Below are positions 30,791 to 49,543 of a stretch of DNA of 64,000 nucleotides, in pieces. Position 1 is the stretch's first letter. Each line of letters starts with the position of its first letter. The notes under the pieces were generated by a model. That model ran no database searches, had not been told where the DNA came from, and saw only the letters and a program-made list of their open reading frames with translations. Source of the DNA: the human T2T-CHM13v2.0 reference genome, Homo sapiens; assembly GCF_009914755.1 (NCBI RefSeq), contig NC_060934.1, one strand, 5' to 3'. A program made the position numbers and the translations under genes.

Positions 30791-31138
30791 ATTTCTTTTA
30801 AGAGTAACACCATAAAAAAAAAGGGGGGCTGATTGCCTCTTCTCATTTGCCGTAGTCTTACAACAACCAACTGGGAAGGAAGTGGCAGATAACAGCGGCG
30901 GTCTGCACCCCTTTTGGCCCCATATCCCTGGCCAACCAGGCTGCTAGACGACCGTGGGCCTGCAGCAGCCCTGGCTGTGTGGCCCACTCAGGTTGTGGGG
31001 CAGTTGGAGACTCTGAGGGAGCATCAGGACTGACTCCTGGTGGCGGGGTGGGGTCTGGGAGGGAGATGAAGCACAGATACTTGGGTTTGCTTCAGGACTG
31101 TCTGACCTGATGAGAGGCAAATCACTGGACGGTGCTAG

Positions 31139-33195
<2,057 letters not shown>

Positions 33196-33767
33196 TAAAT
33201 AATTTATCTTTCTCCCTCCTCCCTCAGCCTAAGGTAATTATCAAATGAAATAATTCATCAGAAAGAGTTCTGTGACATGTAAAGCCCTGTAATAATGTGT
33301 TGGTAATACTATGGTGATAATGGATATTTTTCACAATGGGTATGCATGTGACATGCTGAGTTATGGAGGTATGGACTCAAGGGACAAGGAGTGAAATTGC
33401 CACATGTCTCAGGTTGGGGTGGGGGCTTGGGGTGGTAGCTGTGATCAGGGTGCTTGGGGTGGTGGTTGTGGTCAGGGCGAAGGTTGAGGGGAGGGATCTA
33501 GACAGCCTGGCCATATTGTTTTTGGAAAGAGCGCTATACAATGTTAATTTCTTCACTGATGAGTCAATGGATGAATGAAAGGATGTCTTCTTTAAACTGC
33601 TGCACGTTGGTGGGTAAGTGAATCTGTCCAAGGTAGATGGGAGACTGAAGAGTCAGGGAGGTCAATCTGGTGGGCAGGGGGGCCCATAAGTCAGGCAAGC
33701 CTAAGTCTGCTCCTTGAGCAGGTTGCTCAGCCTCTGTGTGGCTCATATCAGCTATCTCAGAGGGTTA

Positions 33768-34140
<373 letters not shown>

Positions 34141-35267
34141 CTACTCAACAAGTGGCTATTACTGTTACCACTGAGGCAGAGTTTACACATCATCTCATCT
34201 CAAGCTGCCACAAGCAGACACGATTATCTTCTTGTGAAGAAATCTCAACTTCCCATTTATTTTCCTTTTTTCCCTCCTTTATTGAAACTTGGACTTTTAA
34301 GAATTTTGGTGCATGGATAATTTGAGGTCCATTTGACACAAGGAGAAAGTTCTGACAGTCGCTTTGAGTCTTGTTCTGTATGAAGCCACAGTGGTAGCAA
34401 TGTGCTCCCCTGATAAAAAGCAAGAAACATGGTGCATTCCATTAAAGGAAAGAGGCATTAACTTTCCTCCCAGCCTGGTTACTCGGGACATTAATCAGCC
34501 CATAAAAATGGGATTAAGTCAAGTCTCAATTTAGCTCTGCAGTTTACCTTTAAAATGTAGCCGCGCTTTGTGTTTTAATATCGGGTGATCACATTTTAGA
34601 TGTAATGAAAGAGCAAGGATATTTTCCCACAAATTTTCATGGGGATTCGTGACTGCAGATGGGACCCTCCCTGAAGACATAATGAACAATTATGCAATCT
34701 GGGGAATGGCTTTGGAGAAGCAGTTCCAGCTGGGGGTATATAAAGTGAGTTTGCTAAAAGCTGTGTAAATGAGGGGCTCCAAACCTGCCGTCATGTATTT
34801 CACCCTTTATGACCTAATGAATATGTTATATTATCACGAGCCTATCAGCTTGAAACTTTGCTTTTGCTCTGAGTCCCCCGAGGCAAACAGATGGATTTTT
34901 AAATCCTTCCTCTTAAAGTCTTACTGGATGGCAAAGCCTTTGCTTAAATGTGGAGCCTGAAATTATCCCGAGTTCTAAAGCATCCTTCTTGGCTTTGAAG
35001 GAGCTGCTTTGACTCTATCCTAAAGGTTTGCTTTTTTTTTTCCCTTTTAAATTTTTCCTTCTCTAGGATATGATGCTAGAAGGGACCTCAGGGATGATTC
35101 CAGGCCAGAATGTTGACGGCTCCCAACCAAAGAGAAAAATTCAGATTATAGTGAGTTTTCTTAAGAAACTACATTTATTCATTTAAATGACTGATCTTTA
35201 CTTTGAAGTTTTGTTTTTCTCCCTTGTTGGTATAAAATATCTTATTTTATTATCATTAATTAATTAA

Positions 35268-35585
<318 letters not shown>

Positions 35586-36892
35586 TAAAAGTATTTTTTA
35601 AAAGAAAGATAAAGCTAAAACGTTTTTGAAAAGAGCTTTGTTTTAAGCATTTTTGGTACAAAATCCAAGAGCCTGGGAAGCAGTGGTTTAGTGTAATCTC
35701 TTCATTTTACAGATGAAGAAGCTGAGGGCGAGGCCACTGTGCTTCCCCAAGGTTGCTGTATGAGTTGGGGTGGAAATGGGCCAGCTCCAGCCTTCTGCCT
35801 CCCAGCCTGGCTTCTTGTCCTCCACCAGCTGTCACTCGGAAAGTGAACAGAGAAGCCCTTGCCACTATAGTGGACAAGGGAAACTGTGGATACAGATTCC
35901 AGCAGTGAGAAAGGTCATTAGAGTTCTCCAAGGGCACAGCTTTGCAGCATGTCATGTCAAAAGCAGGGTGAGCCTCACATGCAGGCGAGGCTGCAGCTCT
36001 GAATTATACTCAAAGGTTCTGGAAATGTGCAGGCTTGCAAATGTTTCCTCTACTAGCCTGCAGTACCCATGATTACAACATTGCCACTCCTCTCCTTTGA
36101 TTGGGCCTTTCTCTCTCTAATTTTCTTTTTTTTTCTCTCTTCCAAGGACATGTTTTCCCAGGACATGCACTCATAAATCTGTATCAGTCACTAACAATCT
36201 CGGGATGAACAAGTTCACTATTGTCGACTTTGGAAACTAGCTAGGAGCTGGAATTCTGATGGGGAAATAAACATCATTTTAGATCCAGGAAGTTCAGAAT
36301 GAAAATGAAAAAGCAGATCTAGATGGAATGCTTCTAGAAGGCAAAGGAAGGTGCAGTGGACAGAGGTGGTGTCCAGGCCCTGGCACTGGTAAGAGATGCC
36401 TAGAGGCCAGGAGTTCACTGGATGGTGGGTGGATGGACAAAGTGAATGAACTTGGTCATGGTGTCTAGGGCCATTTATCTGGCAGGAAAGACTAAACTGA
36501 GAATGTGAAATCTCTGTGAGCAGGAGACTTTCAGAACACTTGACTCTGTCCCCAGAGGGAGTCCCAAGTTCATCAGCTTAGAGCAGGGGGCTTAGGCCCG
36601 GCTTTGCCAAGATTGTCAAATGCTCTTTTTATTGAAAGACATCCTTGAAGGCAATTGCAACACACCCTGTGAGTAATTCCTTATGGCAGAAGTCAAGGCC
36701 AATCTATGCATGTATCTCTGATTCAAATGGCTGTTGTCATTTGGGAATAGAGACAGAAATGAAAGGGAAGGACAGCAACATCTTGTCACTAGGCTTGCTT
36801 TAATGCTTGATATGGCATTCAATGCCATTAATAAAGCTTCTGTACAAAAAACGAAGTACCCTCCAACCCCCGTTAAAAGAGCAGTTCTCAAC

Positions 36893-37520
<628 letters not shown>

Positions 37521-37796
37521 CCAGTTCTCTTTAAGTATCATAGGTCCACTAGGCAGACACTCCATGCTATAGATATTCTTCAGTAGATTCCAAACTTTCT
37601 TCTTACTACATGAGCATTTGAGCAAAATTAGAAACTACAGATAAATAAAAAGAATATAAAAACCACTGTAATGTCAACACCCAGAAAACTTAATACCCAG
37701 GGACAACCACTGATAACACCTTGGTACTTGTCCATTAGTATCTTTTTATAGACTTGGGGATATGTGGACAAATGTATCTTATAGAACCTAAATCCC

Positions 37797-38419
37797 TGCT
37801 ATAATCTGAATGTTTGTGTCCCCCTAATTTTTTTTTAATTTAGATATGGGGTCTCACTCTGTCACCGAGGCTGTCATGGCAGCCTCAAACTCCTGGGCAC
37901 AAGTGATTTGCCCACCTCAGCCTCCTAAGTAGCTGGGACTACAGGTGCACGCTACTATGCCTGGCTTTTTGTAGAGATGGGGTCTCACTCTGTTGACCAG
38001 GCTAGTTTTGAACTCCTGAGCTCAAGCAACCCTCCTGCCTACACATCCCAAAGAGCTGGGATTACAGGTATGAGCCCCTTCACTATTCATATATTGAAAT
38101 GGAATCCCCAGTGTGTAATCGTATTGAGAGATGGGGCTTTTGGGGAAGTGATTAGGTCACATGGGCTCCACCCTCATGCATGGGATTAGTGCCCTTATAA
38201 AAGAAGCTTAAGAGAGGTGTTGGCCCCTTTCCTCTTCTGCCCTGTGAGGACACGTAGAAGGCACCATCTATGAGGAATGGGCCCTCAAGAGACACCGAAT
38301 CTGATGGTGCCTTGATTTTGGACTTCTCAGCCTCCAGAACTGTGAACAGTCAATTTCTGTTGTGTACTAATTACCCAGTCTAAGGCACTTTGTTATAGCA
38401 ACTTGAATGGACTGAGACA
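37797..38419 (+). mobile_element. MLT1A-type MaLR solo LTR interrupted by Alu (37827-38076)
   Basis: TGCTATAATCTGAATGTTTGTGTCCCC...GGACTGAGACA; TSD ATCCC (37792-37796 / 38420-38424). Confidence 0.88.
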
Positions 38420-38429
38420 ATCCCTGGTC

Positions 38430-39728
38430 TTTTTTCTTTTTTTTGAGATAGGGTCTCACTCTGTCACCCAGGCTACCGTACAGGGCATGAGCATACCTCA
38501 CTGCAGCCTTGATCTCCTCGGCTCAAGCAATCCTCCCATCTCAGCCTTTCCAGTAGCTGGGACTACAGGTAAGCACCACCACCACACCCAGCTAATTGTT
38601 TTATTTTTTGGTAAAAAAAAGGGGTTTCACCATGTTGCCCGTGCTGGTCTTGAACTCCTGGACTCAAGCAATCCTCCTGTCTCAACCTCCTAAAGTGCTG
38701 GGATTACAGGCATGAGCCACTATGCTCAGCCCAACAATCCCTGATCTTAACGGATTTTGTTTGCCGACAGTGCAGCCCCTGCAGAATACCATATTGCTGC
38801 TCACCTCTGCAGCCACTGCCAGACAGCCTGTACTGGAAGGGTAAGGCCTTTGGTGGTGGAGGATCTAAGCTGGAGTCCCTGTTCCTCCAGTCCCCAGCTC
38901 TGTGATCTTGGGGGTTGGTCCCCATCATCAGAGCTACCATTTGTTAAGAACCCATTATGGCCAGGCGCGGTGGCTTACGCATGTAATCCCAGCACTTTGG
39001 GAGGCCGAAGTTGGCAGATCATGAGGCCAGGAGTTCGAGACTAGCCTGACCAATGTGGTGAAACCCCGTCTCTACTAAAAATACAAAAGTTAGCCTGACA
39101 TGGTAAAGAAAGGCTCCCGAGTGAACAGAATTGATGCTGCTTTGCAAGCATGAATTACAATCTTTGACATGATTCAGCAGGACTCAGGCTGCTGAGCTCA
39201 GTCACGAGTACTCCTTCCCTTCCTGCTCCTTCCCTCCTTCACCCTTTTCCCTGTGCTGTCCAGCACATCTTTATTCTGGGTTGTGCTGGACACAGGGCAG
39301 GCATGCTGATCCCCATCAGAGAGGATTTTCAGAGACCCCACGAAACAGGGAGACGTCCAGGGCAGCAAGTATCCCATGGGGGAAAAGTGCCACTTAGATT
39401 TCGTGTTGGCTGAGCAGGCCACTAGATGAAAGGGAAAGGCATCCGATCATTGAGTTCAGACAAGCCCAGGCTGGCTTTTCAGGACAAACTCTAATCTCAT
39501 TTGATGTGTTCGATTTTTTTTTTTTTTTTTTTTTTTGAGACAGGTTCTCGCTCTGTTGCCCAGCTAGAGTGCAGTGGTGCCATCACAGCTCACTGCAGCC
39601 TTGACCTCCTGGGCTCAGATGATTCTCTTGTTCAGCCTCCCAAGCAGCTGGGACTATAGGTGTGCACCATCATGCCTAGTTTTCTTTGTATTTTTTGTAG
39701 AGATGGGGTTTTGCCATATTGCCCAGGC
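38430..39728. mobile_element. Alus: J (-, 38430-38731), partial (+, 38959-39104), partial (-, 39514-39728)
   Basis: Alu consensus; first has TSD ACAATCCCTG(G/A)TCTT. Confidence 0.8.
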
Positions 39729-41304
39729 TATGTCTTCGATTTTTAATGCAAGATTCTGATGTACCTGGGAAAAGCTCTCTAAAACCCAGTGTCGGTTCTG
39801 GAGAGGTAGAGGCAAAAGATAGAAGAGTTGCTACTGTTCAGGCTACATAGTGCATTTCCTTTAAGATACGACCTCTTATTCAGACAGCTAGACCAGTCGT
39901 CTATATTAGTGTATTCTAGATAGAGAGCTATTTTTTGTTTTAAAGGAATGCTACTTAGAAAGGTCATCAAAAGGTCATCAAACCTCTTGTTTATTTACTG
40001 GTTTTGAAGATCAAGTTTCCTGTTAATAGATGTTGGACTCCAGTAGAGGGCAAGACTCTCAGTCTGGTTCCCAACAAGAGGATTGAAATTGGCAAAACAG
40101 GTTGAAAGGAAAGGGTAGTTTCTCCTTTAAGTGGAACGAAGCATACGTGAGCAGAATTTAATTGCTTACAGTTCCCAAGGTCTTTTCCCCCCTTTTTTAT
40201 AGAGCTGAAATCCCTCAGAAATGGTCCAAGATCCAAATAATGTTCTTATCTGTGGTTTTCTTTGGAGATCGTTCAGCAGTAGACACAGATATCCAGACAC
40301 GTACCCAGCTCTGTTGTAGGGAGCTCTATATATGGAGGGGGCAGGTGTTGCCAAATGGTAAAACACTGCTCGCTTGCCTCCCCTGTCAGTCTCAAAATGG
40401 AAAACTTATTTTATTCACAAATGTGACTTTAAAAATGCCAAGTTCCAAGATGCCAATATAAATTTGATATATTTTGAACAAAGCACACCCAAATTACTCT
40501 TTGATCACACTTTATCTTTTCAATGAAGATGGGAACTCCAGCATGGAGTGCCAGAAAATGGACTACAAGACATCGTCTATACTCAGCAGCCAAGATAGTG
40601 TTTCATGAAGCCCACTTACCTGAACGGGGTGCATCTAATTGAAGCATTTAGCCTTCGGTATGGGTTTGTACTTAACAGCATCCAAATGGTTGTTCTTTCT
40701 AGTTTTATTAAAGGAGCCGGATCCTTCTCATAAGTTTTCCATTAATGGGATTATAAGTTGATATAATTTTAAGTCTAAGAATGCAGAACTGGTATGTGGT
40801 AAACATAAACATGTGTTTGGTGTTAGATGTAAACTAGTGTAGCCAAAGTGGGCAAGTGCTGTAAACTTCAAACATAAAACAGATGTAAGGTAATTAGAGG
40901 CATGAAAGTGATGACAACGGCAGCGAACTGTAGCAATAAATGGATTGTTAGTTTAGGCAGGCATCACTGTGGCCCTGGTGGATTTATCACGTTTCTAGCT
41001 GCTGTGTGAACTTGATGTTACCCTTCTTTTTGAGAACACAAGTGTTGCTTTTTTAAAATTCAAAGGCAGGAAGTACAATTCAGAAGGATGCAAATGATAG
41101 GCTTCATTTTCTAAGTATGTCTGAAAAAGTTGATTGGCATTGCCTATTTTAAAATGCATTAACTAGTTGGCGGGCAATTTAAAAATTTTATTTCAACTCA
41201 TTCTCTAATCTTAGGAGCAAACACTTAGACCACTTCTGGAGAAGTTCAACTGGCTTGTAGACAAAGGGCACAGCCTAGGCTTCCTCCCAGTAATTTCCTT
41301 AAAA

Positions 41305-41570
41305 AAATTTTGTTTTTGAGACAGGATCCCATACTGTCACTCAGGCTGGAGCGTAGTTGTGCAATCCCAGTTCACGGCAGCCTTGACCTCCTGAGCTCAA
41401 TGTAGTCCTCCCACATCAGCCTCCCAAGTAGCTGGGACTATAGATGCATGCCACCATGCTCAACTAACTTTTTGTATTTTTAATAGAGATGTGGTTTCAC
41501 TGTGTTGCCCAAGCTGGTCTTGAACTCCTGAGCTCAAGCAATCTGCCCACCTTGGCCTCCCAAAGTGGTG
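41305..41570 (-). mobile_element. AluJ
   Basis: Reverse Alu consensus. Confidence 0.85.
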
Positions 41571-42119
41571 CAATTACTCTGTGTGCAGGTGACAGGGGTA
41601 TATTTTAAGGAATATTTTTAGCCTTGGAGCAAGTTTTATAGTTGAGTACGACCAATGTGGAAAAAACTCTTTCTGTGCTTTTCTGATACCCAACAAGTAA
41701 AAAGCTAGAAGTCTTGGATCTGGTGGGGGATGAGACCTATGTTATTTTCCTCCTAATGTACCAAGTGAGAAGAACAACACTTTTGGCTGAGCTCTTTGTC
41801 ACTGGAAATCACTATTGTCTTCTGTGGCAAGTTACTTTTAAGTTAGTCGGACCCAGATCAACCCAACTCTGATGCCATTACTGAGTATTAAATTCAAGTT
41901 TTAAAAATCATACACCAGCACAATGGATAAAGATCTTAATTCATTTTTGCATCAATTGATATAAAAATGTGCCCTTTGTCCATGTGTCAAGCTTTGAAGG
42001 CATTGAAGGAAGATGGCTGTTTAATGATGAAGATGAAGAAGAGCCTGAAAATGCTAAAGAGGAAGAATGATAACAGCTTGTTATTGGCAGGACAAAGGGG
42101 CCCAAACAAAGGAAGGCAT

Positions 42120-42483
42120 TGCTATGGTTTGAATGTGTGCCCCAAAGTTCTTGTGCTGGGAACTTGATCCTCAGTGTCGTGGTGCTGACAGGTGAAGCCT
42201 AATGAGGGGTGTTTGGTTTATGTGGGTACTGCCCTCATGGACAAATTAATGCTGCTATTGTGGGAGGTGGTTCCTTATAAAAGGGTGAGTTTGTCCCTCA
42301 CCACCTCTTCTTGGCCTTCTGCCTTCCTCCATGGGGTGACACAGCAAGAAAGCCCTCACCAAATGCCAGAGGCTTGACCTTGGACTTCCCAGCCTCCAGA
42401 ACTGTGAAAACATAAATTTCTGTTCATGATAAATTACCCAGTTTTAGGTATTCTGTTGTAGGATCACCAAATGGACTAACACA
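42120..42483 (+). mobile_element. MST-type MaLR solo LTR
   Basis: TGCTATGGTTTGAATGTG...GGACTTCCCAGCCTCCAGAACTGTGA...GGACTAACACA; TSD (G/A)GCAT. Confidence 0.85.
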
Positions 42484-43401
42484 AGCATGCAGTTCAAACC
42501 ACTTTTTGTTTTAAAGTGCAGCCCCTTCTGGGAAAATGAAAGCATTGTGTGGTGGTTTTTTTTTTTTTTCCTTTTGTCTTGTTTTATAGAGATGGGGTCT
42601 TGCTATGTTGGCCGGGCTTAACTCAAACTTCTAGCCTCAAGCAATCCTCCCACCTTGGTCTCTCAAAGTGCTGGGATTACAGGTGTGAGCCACTGAGCCC
42701 ACCCTGAGAGCACTGTTAATGAAGTGGCCCTCTCTTCTTTTATGACACCTAGATTGAAAGGGGACATAACTGTTACATCCAGCCAGAACCTTCAACTCTC
42801 AACCTGCAGCCATAATATCATTAAGCCTCATAAAATTATGAATGCTCACCACTCCTTCCACCATTGCCAGTTTCCAATTTTAAAACAAGTAAAATACTCC
42901 TTTCAGGAGCAATATTTCCTCCACTTTTCAGGGGTTGGTGTCTATCTTAGACAGAAGGGAGCTGGACTTGGAGTTAAATGACCTGCAAGTACTAATTTTT
43001 AGGAAAGTGAAATGCTCCGAGCCTCAGCTTCTATCTTGGTAAAATGGGGATAATAATATTTGTCCTTCCTACCCTCAAGTTGCTGAATGAAATGATGAAC
43101 ATGAACATGCTTTGTTAGTATTATTCTTGCTGTGTGTTCATGTTGTTATCTGTGTGGAAGGCTCTTCTTTCCTGCTCTACCCAGCCAACTGCTATAGTGC
43201 CTTCGAGACCCTGTTAATATGTCACTTCTTCTGCTGTTTCTTGACTTCTCTCCAGGGCTTTCAGGACATTCCGTTTCTATGTTTCTAGCTGTTATTGCAC
43301 CTACCACATTGTGTTGTCATTGTCTATTTACATGTTCACCTCTCCAATTGGACTCAGTTCTTTGAGCTCACAGCCAGTGTCTTATTCACTTTTTTCCCTA
43401 T

Positions 43402-43529
43402 TTTTCTTTCTTTCCTTCCTTCCTTCCTTCCTTCCTTCCTTCCTTCCTTCCTTCCTTCCTTCCTTCCTTCCTTCCCTCCTTCCTTCCTCCCTCCCTCCCT
43501 TCCTCCCTCCCTCCCTCTCTTCTTTCTTT

Positions 43530-43540
<11 letters not shown>
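43402..43540. repeat. (CTTC)n/(CCCT)n polypyrimidine microsatellite
   Basis: Direct read; sits at tail of adjacent Alu. Confidence 0.92.
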
Positions 43541-44780
<1,240 letters not shown>

Positions 44781-45548
44781 ATTTCATCATTTAATTCAAA
44801 CGTTGAAGTTTGTTGTTGTTGTTGTTGTTTTTGAGAGCATCTGCTATTGGTGCCATGTGGCAAAGATATTGTGAAGTTATCTTTAATTTCTGGCTATTTT
44901 AAACTTTTTTTGAATGAAAAGAACATGGTGAATAATGCCTTGTATTGGCACTCAATATGTATTTGTTAATTCATTTTGAACTTAATTAATGCATACTATC
45001 TATTGCACTCTTTCTGATGTTAAAGGGCAAACCGTGGGGGGATACAAAGCTGAATAGATACAGTGTGGTTATAGAGGAGCTTAAAGTACAATTTTGGAGA
45101 TAAGACAACACACTTAAAACATAACTTTCAATAAAACTCTATGTCAATCAAGCACTCTAGCTATAAATTGTGAGATGCGGTAAATCTCTTTGAGGGAAAA
45201 TAATAATCCTTAGGTTCTAACAACAGGTCGTTTGTATGAAATTATTTAAAGATGTAAAATATTATACATATATTTATATGCACAAGATAAGACAGAGGAA
45301 GACGTAGGGAGGGAGAGAAAGAGAGGAATGTTTTGATTAAATAACAGACTGCTGAGTCACGTTTCCTGAGTTTAAATCCCACTTCTGTTACTGGCTGTGT
45401 GACCTTGGGCACAGTTTTTTGATCTCTTTAATTCTCAGTTTTTGGTGAAATGTGAACAAGAATAGTCTTCTTCATGGTATTATTGTAAATATGAAATAAG
45501 ATGTATGTAAAGTACTGGACACACAACTCATATGCACGGAATTTTAAG

Positions 45549-46443
<895 letters not shown>

Positions 46444-47499
46444 TCATTATTATTTATTATCTCATTAAATCCTCTCAGCAATCCTTGAGTCGGTGTTTGT
46501 TTCACAGATGAACTAACAAATGTGACTCTTTGCACAATGTTACCCATGTGAGTAGCTTTTGCTCAGTAAATTATTCAATCGTTCATTAATTGAATTGTGC
46601 AAATGTCATGAGTGACATATCTAATGTACTGAGCACAAAAATACTGGTATGTTAAACGGAGTGCAGCCCTACTGTTTGTTGTCATGTGTTTGTACATGCC
46701 TGGTGCCTTTCCCACTTCGGAAGTGGGGCAGAGAACCCAGGGGAACAGTCTGAGGTAGGCTCTGGATTTGGGGCAAAGGCTGCCATTGTCATCTAATGAC
46801 AGTGTTCCACAGTTAGAGCTGCAGTTGCTGGAGAGCAGCTTCTCCCTTGTAATTAACCGTTTGGCTGCTGAGCCTAGGGTGGCTTTGAAAGACACCCAGG
46901 TGACAGTGGGGTGCCTGTGGTCCCAGACTGTGGAATTACACGGAGTCAAGAGCTAAATAGCCTCTCCCATCTACTCATTTTCTCTTAAATTACATGTGAT
47001 TAGGAATATAATTACCACTCCTTACTCTTCCCCCTCAAAACACTATTTTCCTTTCTTCGCACAGCGCTTTGATAGGGAAAAAAACAAACCAAGGTTGTGC
47101 TCAGCGGTGGGCAAGGCTGAGGATGGGAGCGAGAAGCCAGGCGGTGACAGAGGGGATGGAGCCCACCCTCTGTGGCACTGGCGAGCTTGGAAGTTCAAAA
47201 ACAAAAAAATCCAAGGGCAAGAGTGGTAATTAGAAAATGTATGCAAAACGCTTTGATTATTGAAATCGTACCTGCCTAGGGGTCCTGGGAGAGCCTGAAA
47301 TGATATGTGTGCTCACGTTAGAATTACAAAGCTCAGCTGTTGATCTTCTTATTTTGGGAATGTCTATCCCTCTAATTACTTTACAGTCCAAATGATTTAA
47401 AAAAAAAAAAAAAAAAAGAGCAGGGAGCAACAGACAAGCCCAAATTGCTGTGTTTAAAGGAGCAGGGCTGTCTGTTTGCGTGGGGCTGTCTCCCTGTAA

Positions 47500-48260
47500 T
47501 GAGAACCACCGCTGAGAGCTGTTTAGACAAACGGGCTCAGCGCTCCGGAGCCGCGCGGGCCTCCAAATGCAAGGGTTTGTTCTGCTGGGGCAGCGTCTGT
47601 CGCGAAAGCAGCGGCGGGGAGGAAGCGCAGAGCTGTGTTTTGAATTAATGGGTTCAGCTTCATGTTGAGCACAAGTGGGAGGCTATTTTAGAGAAACCTT
47701 CCCAGGCCAGCCGTCACTGATGTGGCAAACTCAGCCTCTGGGCAGACCGGCTGGAAATAGAAACGTCTCCGCTTCACGATGGCGCACGCCCGGACGTCCC
47801 CTTCCGAGAGCGGGTCCCCTTTGTCCCCCGAGGCCCCGCCGCCCTGTGTCACGTCCCCACCTCGCTCTGGGTCCACTGATCTCTTGATGCACGCGTCCCA
47901 TCAGCAGCAGCCGAAAGAGGGTGCTCGGGCGGGAGTGAAATCCCTGTGAAATGTGATCAAGAACACAAAATGCTGAGGCAGCTCCAGCTAACATCAGCGC
48001 TCAGTCTCCCCGCCCAGGTGGGATCCTCCAAGCGCCTCAACGCACCGCCCATCCCGGTGCCAGGTGTAAATGCGCCCCAGCAACACGTGGCTCTAGGAGC
48101 CGCAGGGATGGCATCCCCTTGCTGCAGAAGACTCAGCCACGTGAGGTCAATGTTCATTTCCGCAGAGGTGCCTCTCTCTGGGGGGGCCTATATGTGAATC
48201 CACCTAGGAGGAGCTCGCTGAAGAATTGGTATTATTAAAGATAGCTTAGCTCGAGCAGAT
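47500..48260. promoter_or_regulatory. Orphan CpG-rich island / candidate distal regulatory element
   Basis: Local CpG enrichment (e.g. CGCTCCGGAGCCGCGCGGGC, GGCGCACGCCCGGACG) in non-repeat DNA with no credible ORF. Confidence 0.6.
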
Positions 48261-48899
48261 TTTCTCACGTTTCTAAGCGACTCGGAGAGGACTTACACTA
48301 AAGGCATTTCGCTTTTGCATTGATTTCTTAATTAAAAAATATCTTTCTTTTTCCTTTGGCCCAGGCTGAAAGACCTTGGAATTTCTTGTGAAAGTCCTGG
48401 GGGAGGTGGGGGGTGGCGAGGGGGTTTTCAGAGCATTGAAATCACTTTTCTCAGATAACTGGAAAGAGACCCCCAACTTCTTGATGACTACATGGACAGA
48501 TGGATTCCTTATTTGCAAAATCTTGAGTGTTTCTAACTTGTTCTGGAGAAGGAAGAGCAGATGAAGTCAATACAACCCAGGCACATAAGTTAATTTTCCA
48601 AGTTGATGAACTTGGCCACATTTCTACAACATTAAGTCTCCCCTTTGATGCTTGAAGAATTAATTCCCGCCCCCCCAGCCCACCGTGTAAAACATCTACA
48701 CATATTATTTTTTACTGTTGTTGCTGTTAAGGGAAATTTTTTGACCTAGTAAATTTAAAATCCAAAGGAGTGATATGATATAGTGTATACATAAGATACA
48801 ATGAATTCTCTGTGATGCAGTTGTATTAATCCATATTCTCAACTGTGATGAGGAAATACATGAATCCTTCCATTTTTTCCCCCATACAAAATCATGTTT

Positions 48900-49543
48900 G
48901 CTTGTTTGTTTGTTTGTTTGTTTTGAGAGGGAGTTTTGCTCTTGTTGCCCGGACTGGAGTGCAATGGCTTGATCTTGGCTCACCACAACCCTCCGCCTCC
49001 CGGGTTCAAGCGATTCTCCTGCCTCAGCCTCCCAAGTAGCTGGGATTACAGGCATGCACCACTCCACCTGGCTAATTTTATATTTTTAGTAGAGACGGGG
49101 TTTCTCTATGTTGGTCAGGCTGGTCTTGAACTCCCAACCTCAGGTGATCCACCCGCCTCGGCCTCCCAAAGTGCTGGGATTACAGGTGTGAGCCACTGTG
49201 CCCAGCCTAACAAAGTAACTTTTTTGTTTTTGCTTTTTTGCTTTTTTTTTTTTTTTGAGACAGAGTCTTTGCTCTGTTGTCCAGGCTGGAGTGTAGTGGC
49301 ACGATCATAGCTCACTGCAGCCTTGACCTCACTGGCCAAGAGAGCCTCCTACCTCAGCCTCCTGAGTATCTGGGACTACAGGCACATGTCACCACACATG
49401 GTTAATTTTAAAATTTTATTTTTAGTAGAGACGAGGTTTCATTATCTTGCCCAGTATGGTCTTGAGCTCCTGAGCTCAAGTGGTCATCCCACCTCAGCCT
49501 CCCAAAGTGCTGCGATTCTGGGTGTAAGCCACCACATCTGACC
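48900..49543 (-). mobile_element. Two Alus (48900-49206 S, 49220-49543 J)
   Basis: Reverse Alu consensus. Confidence 0.88.
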
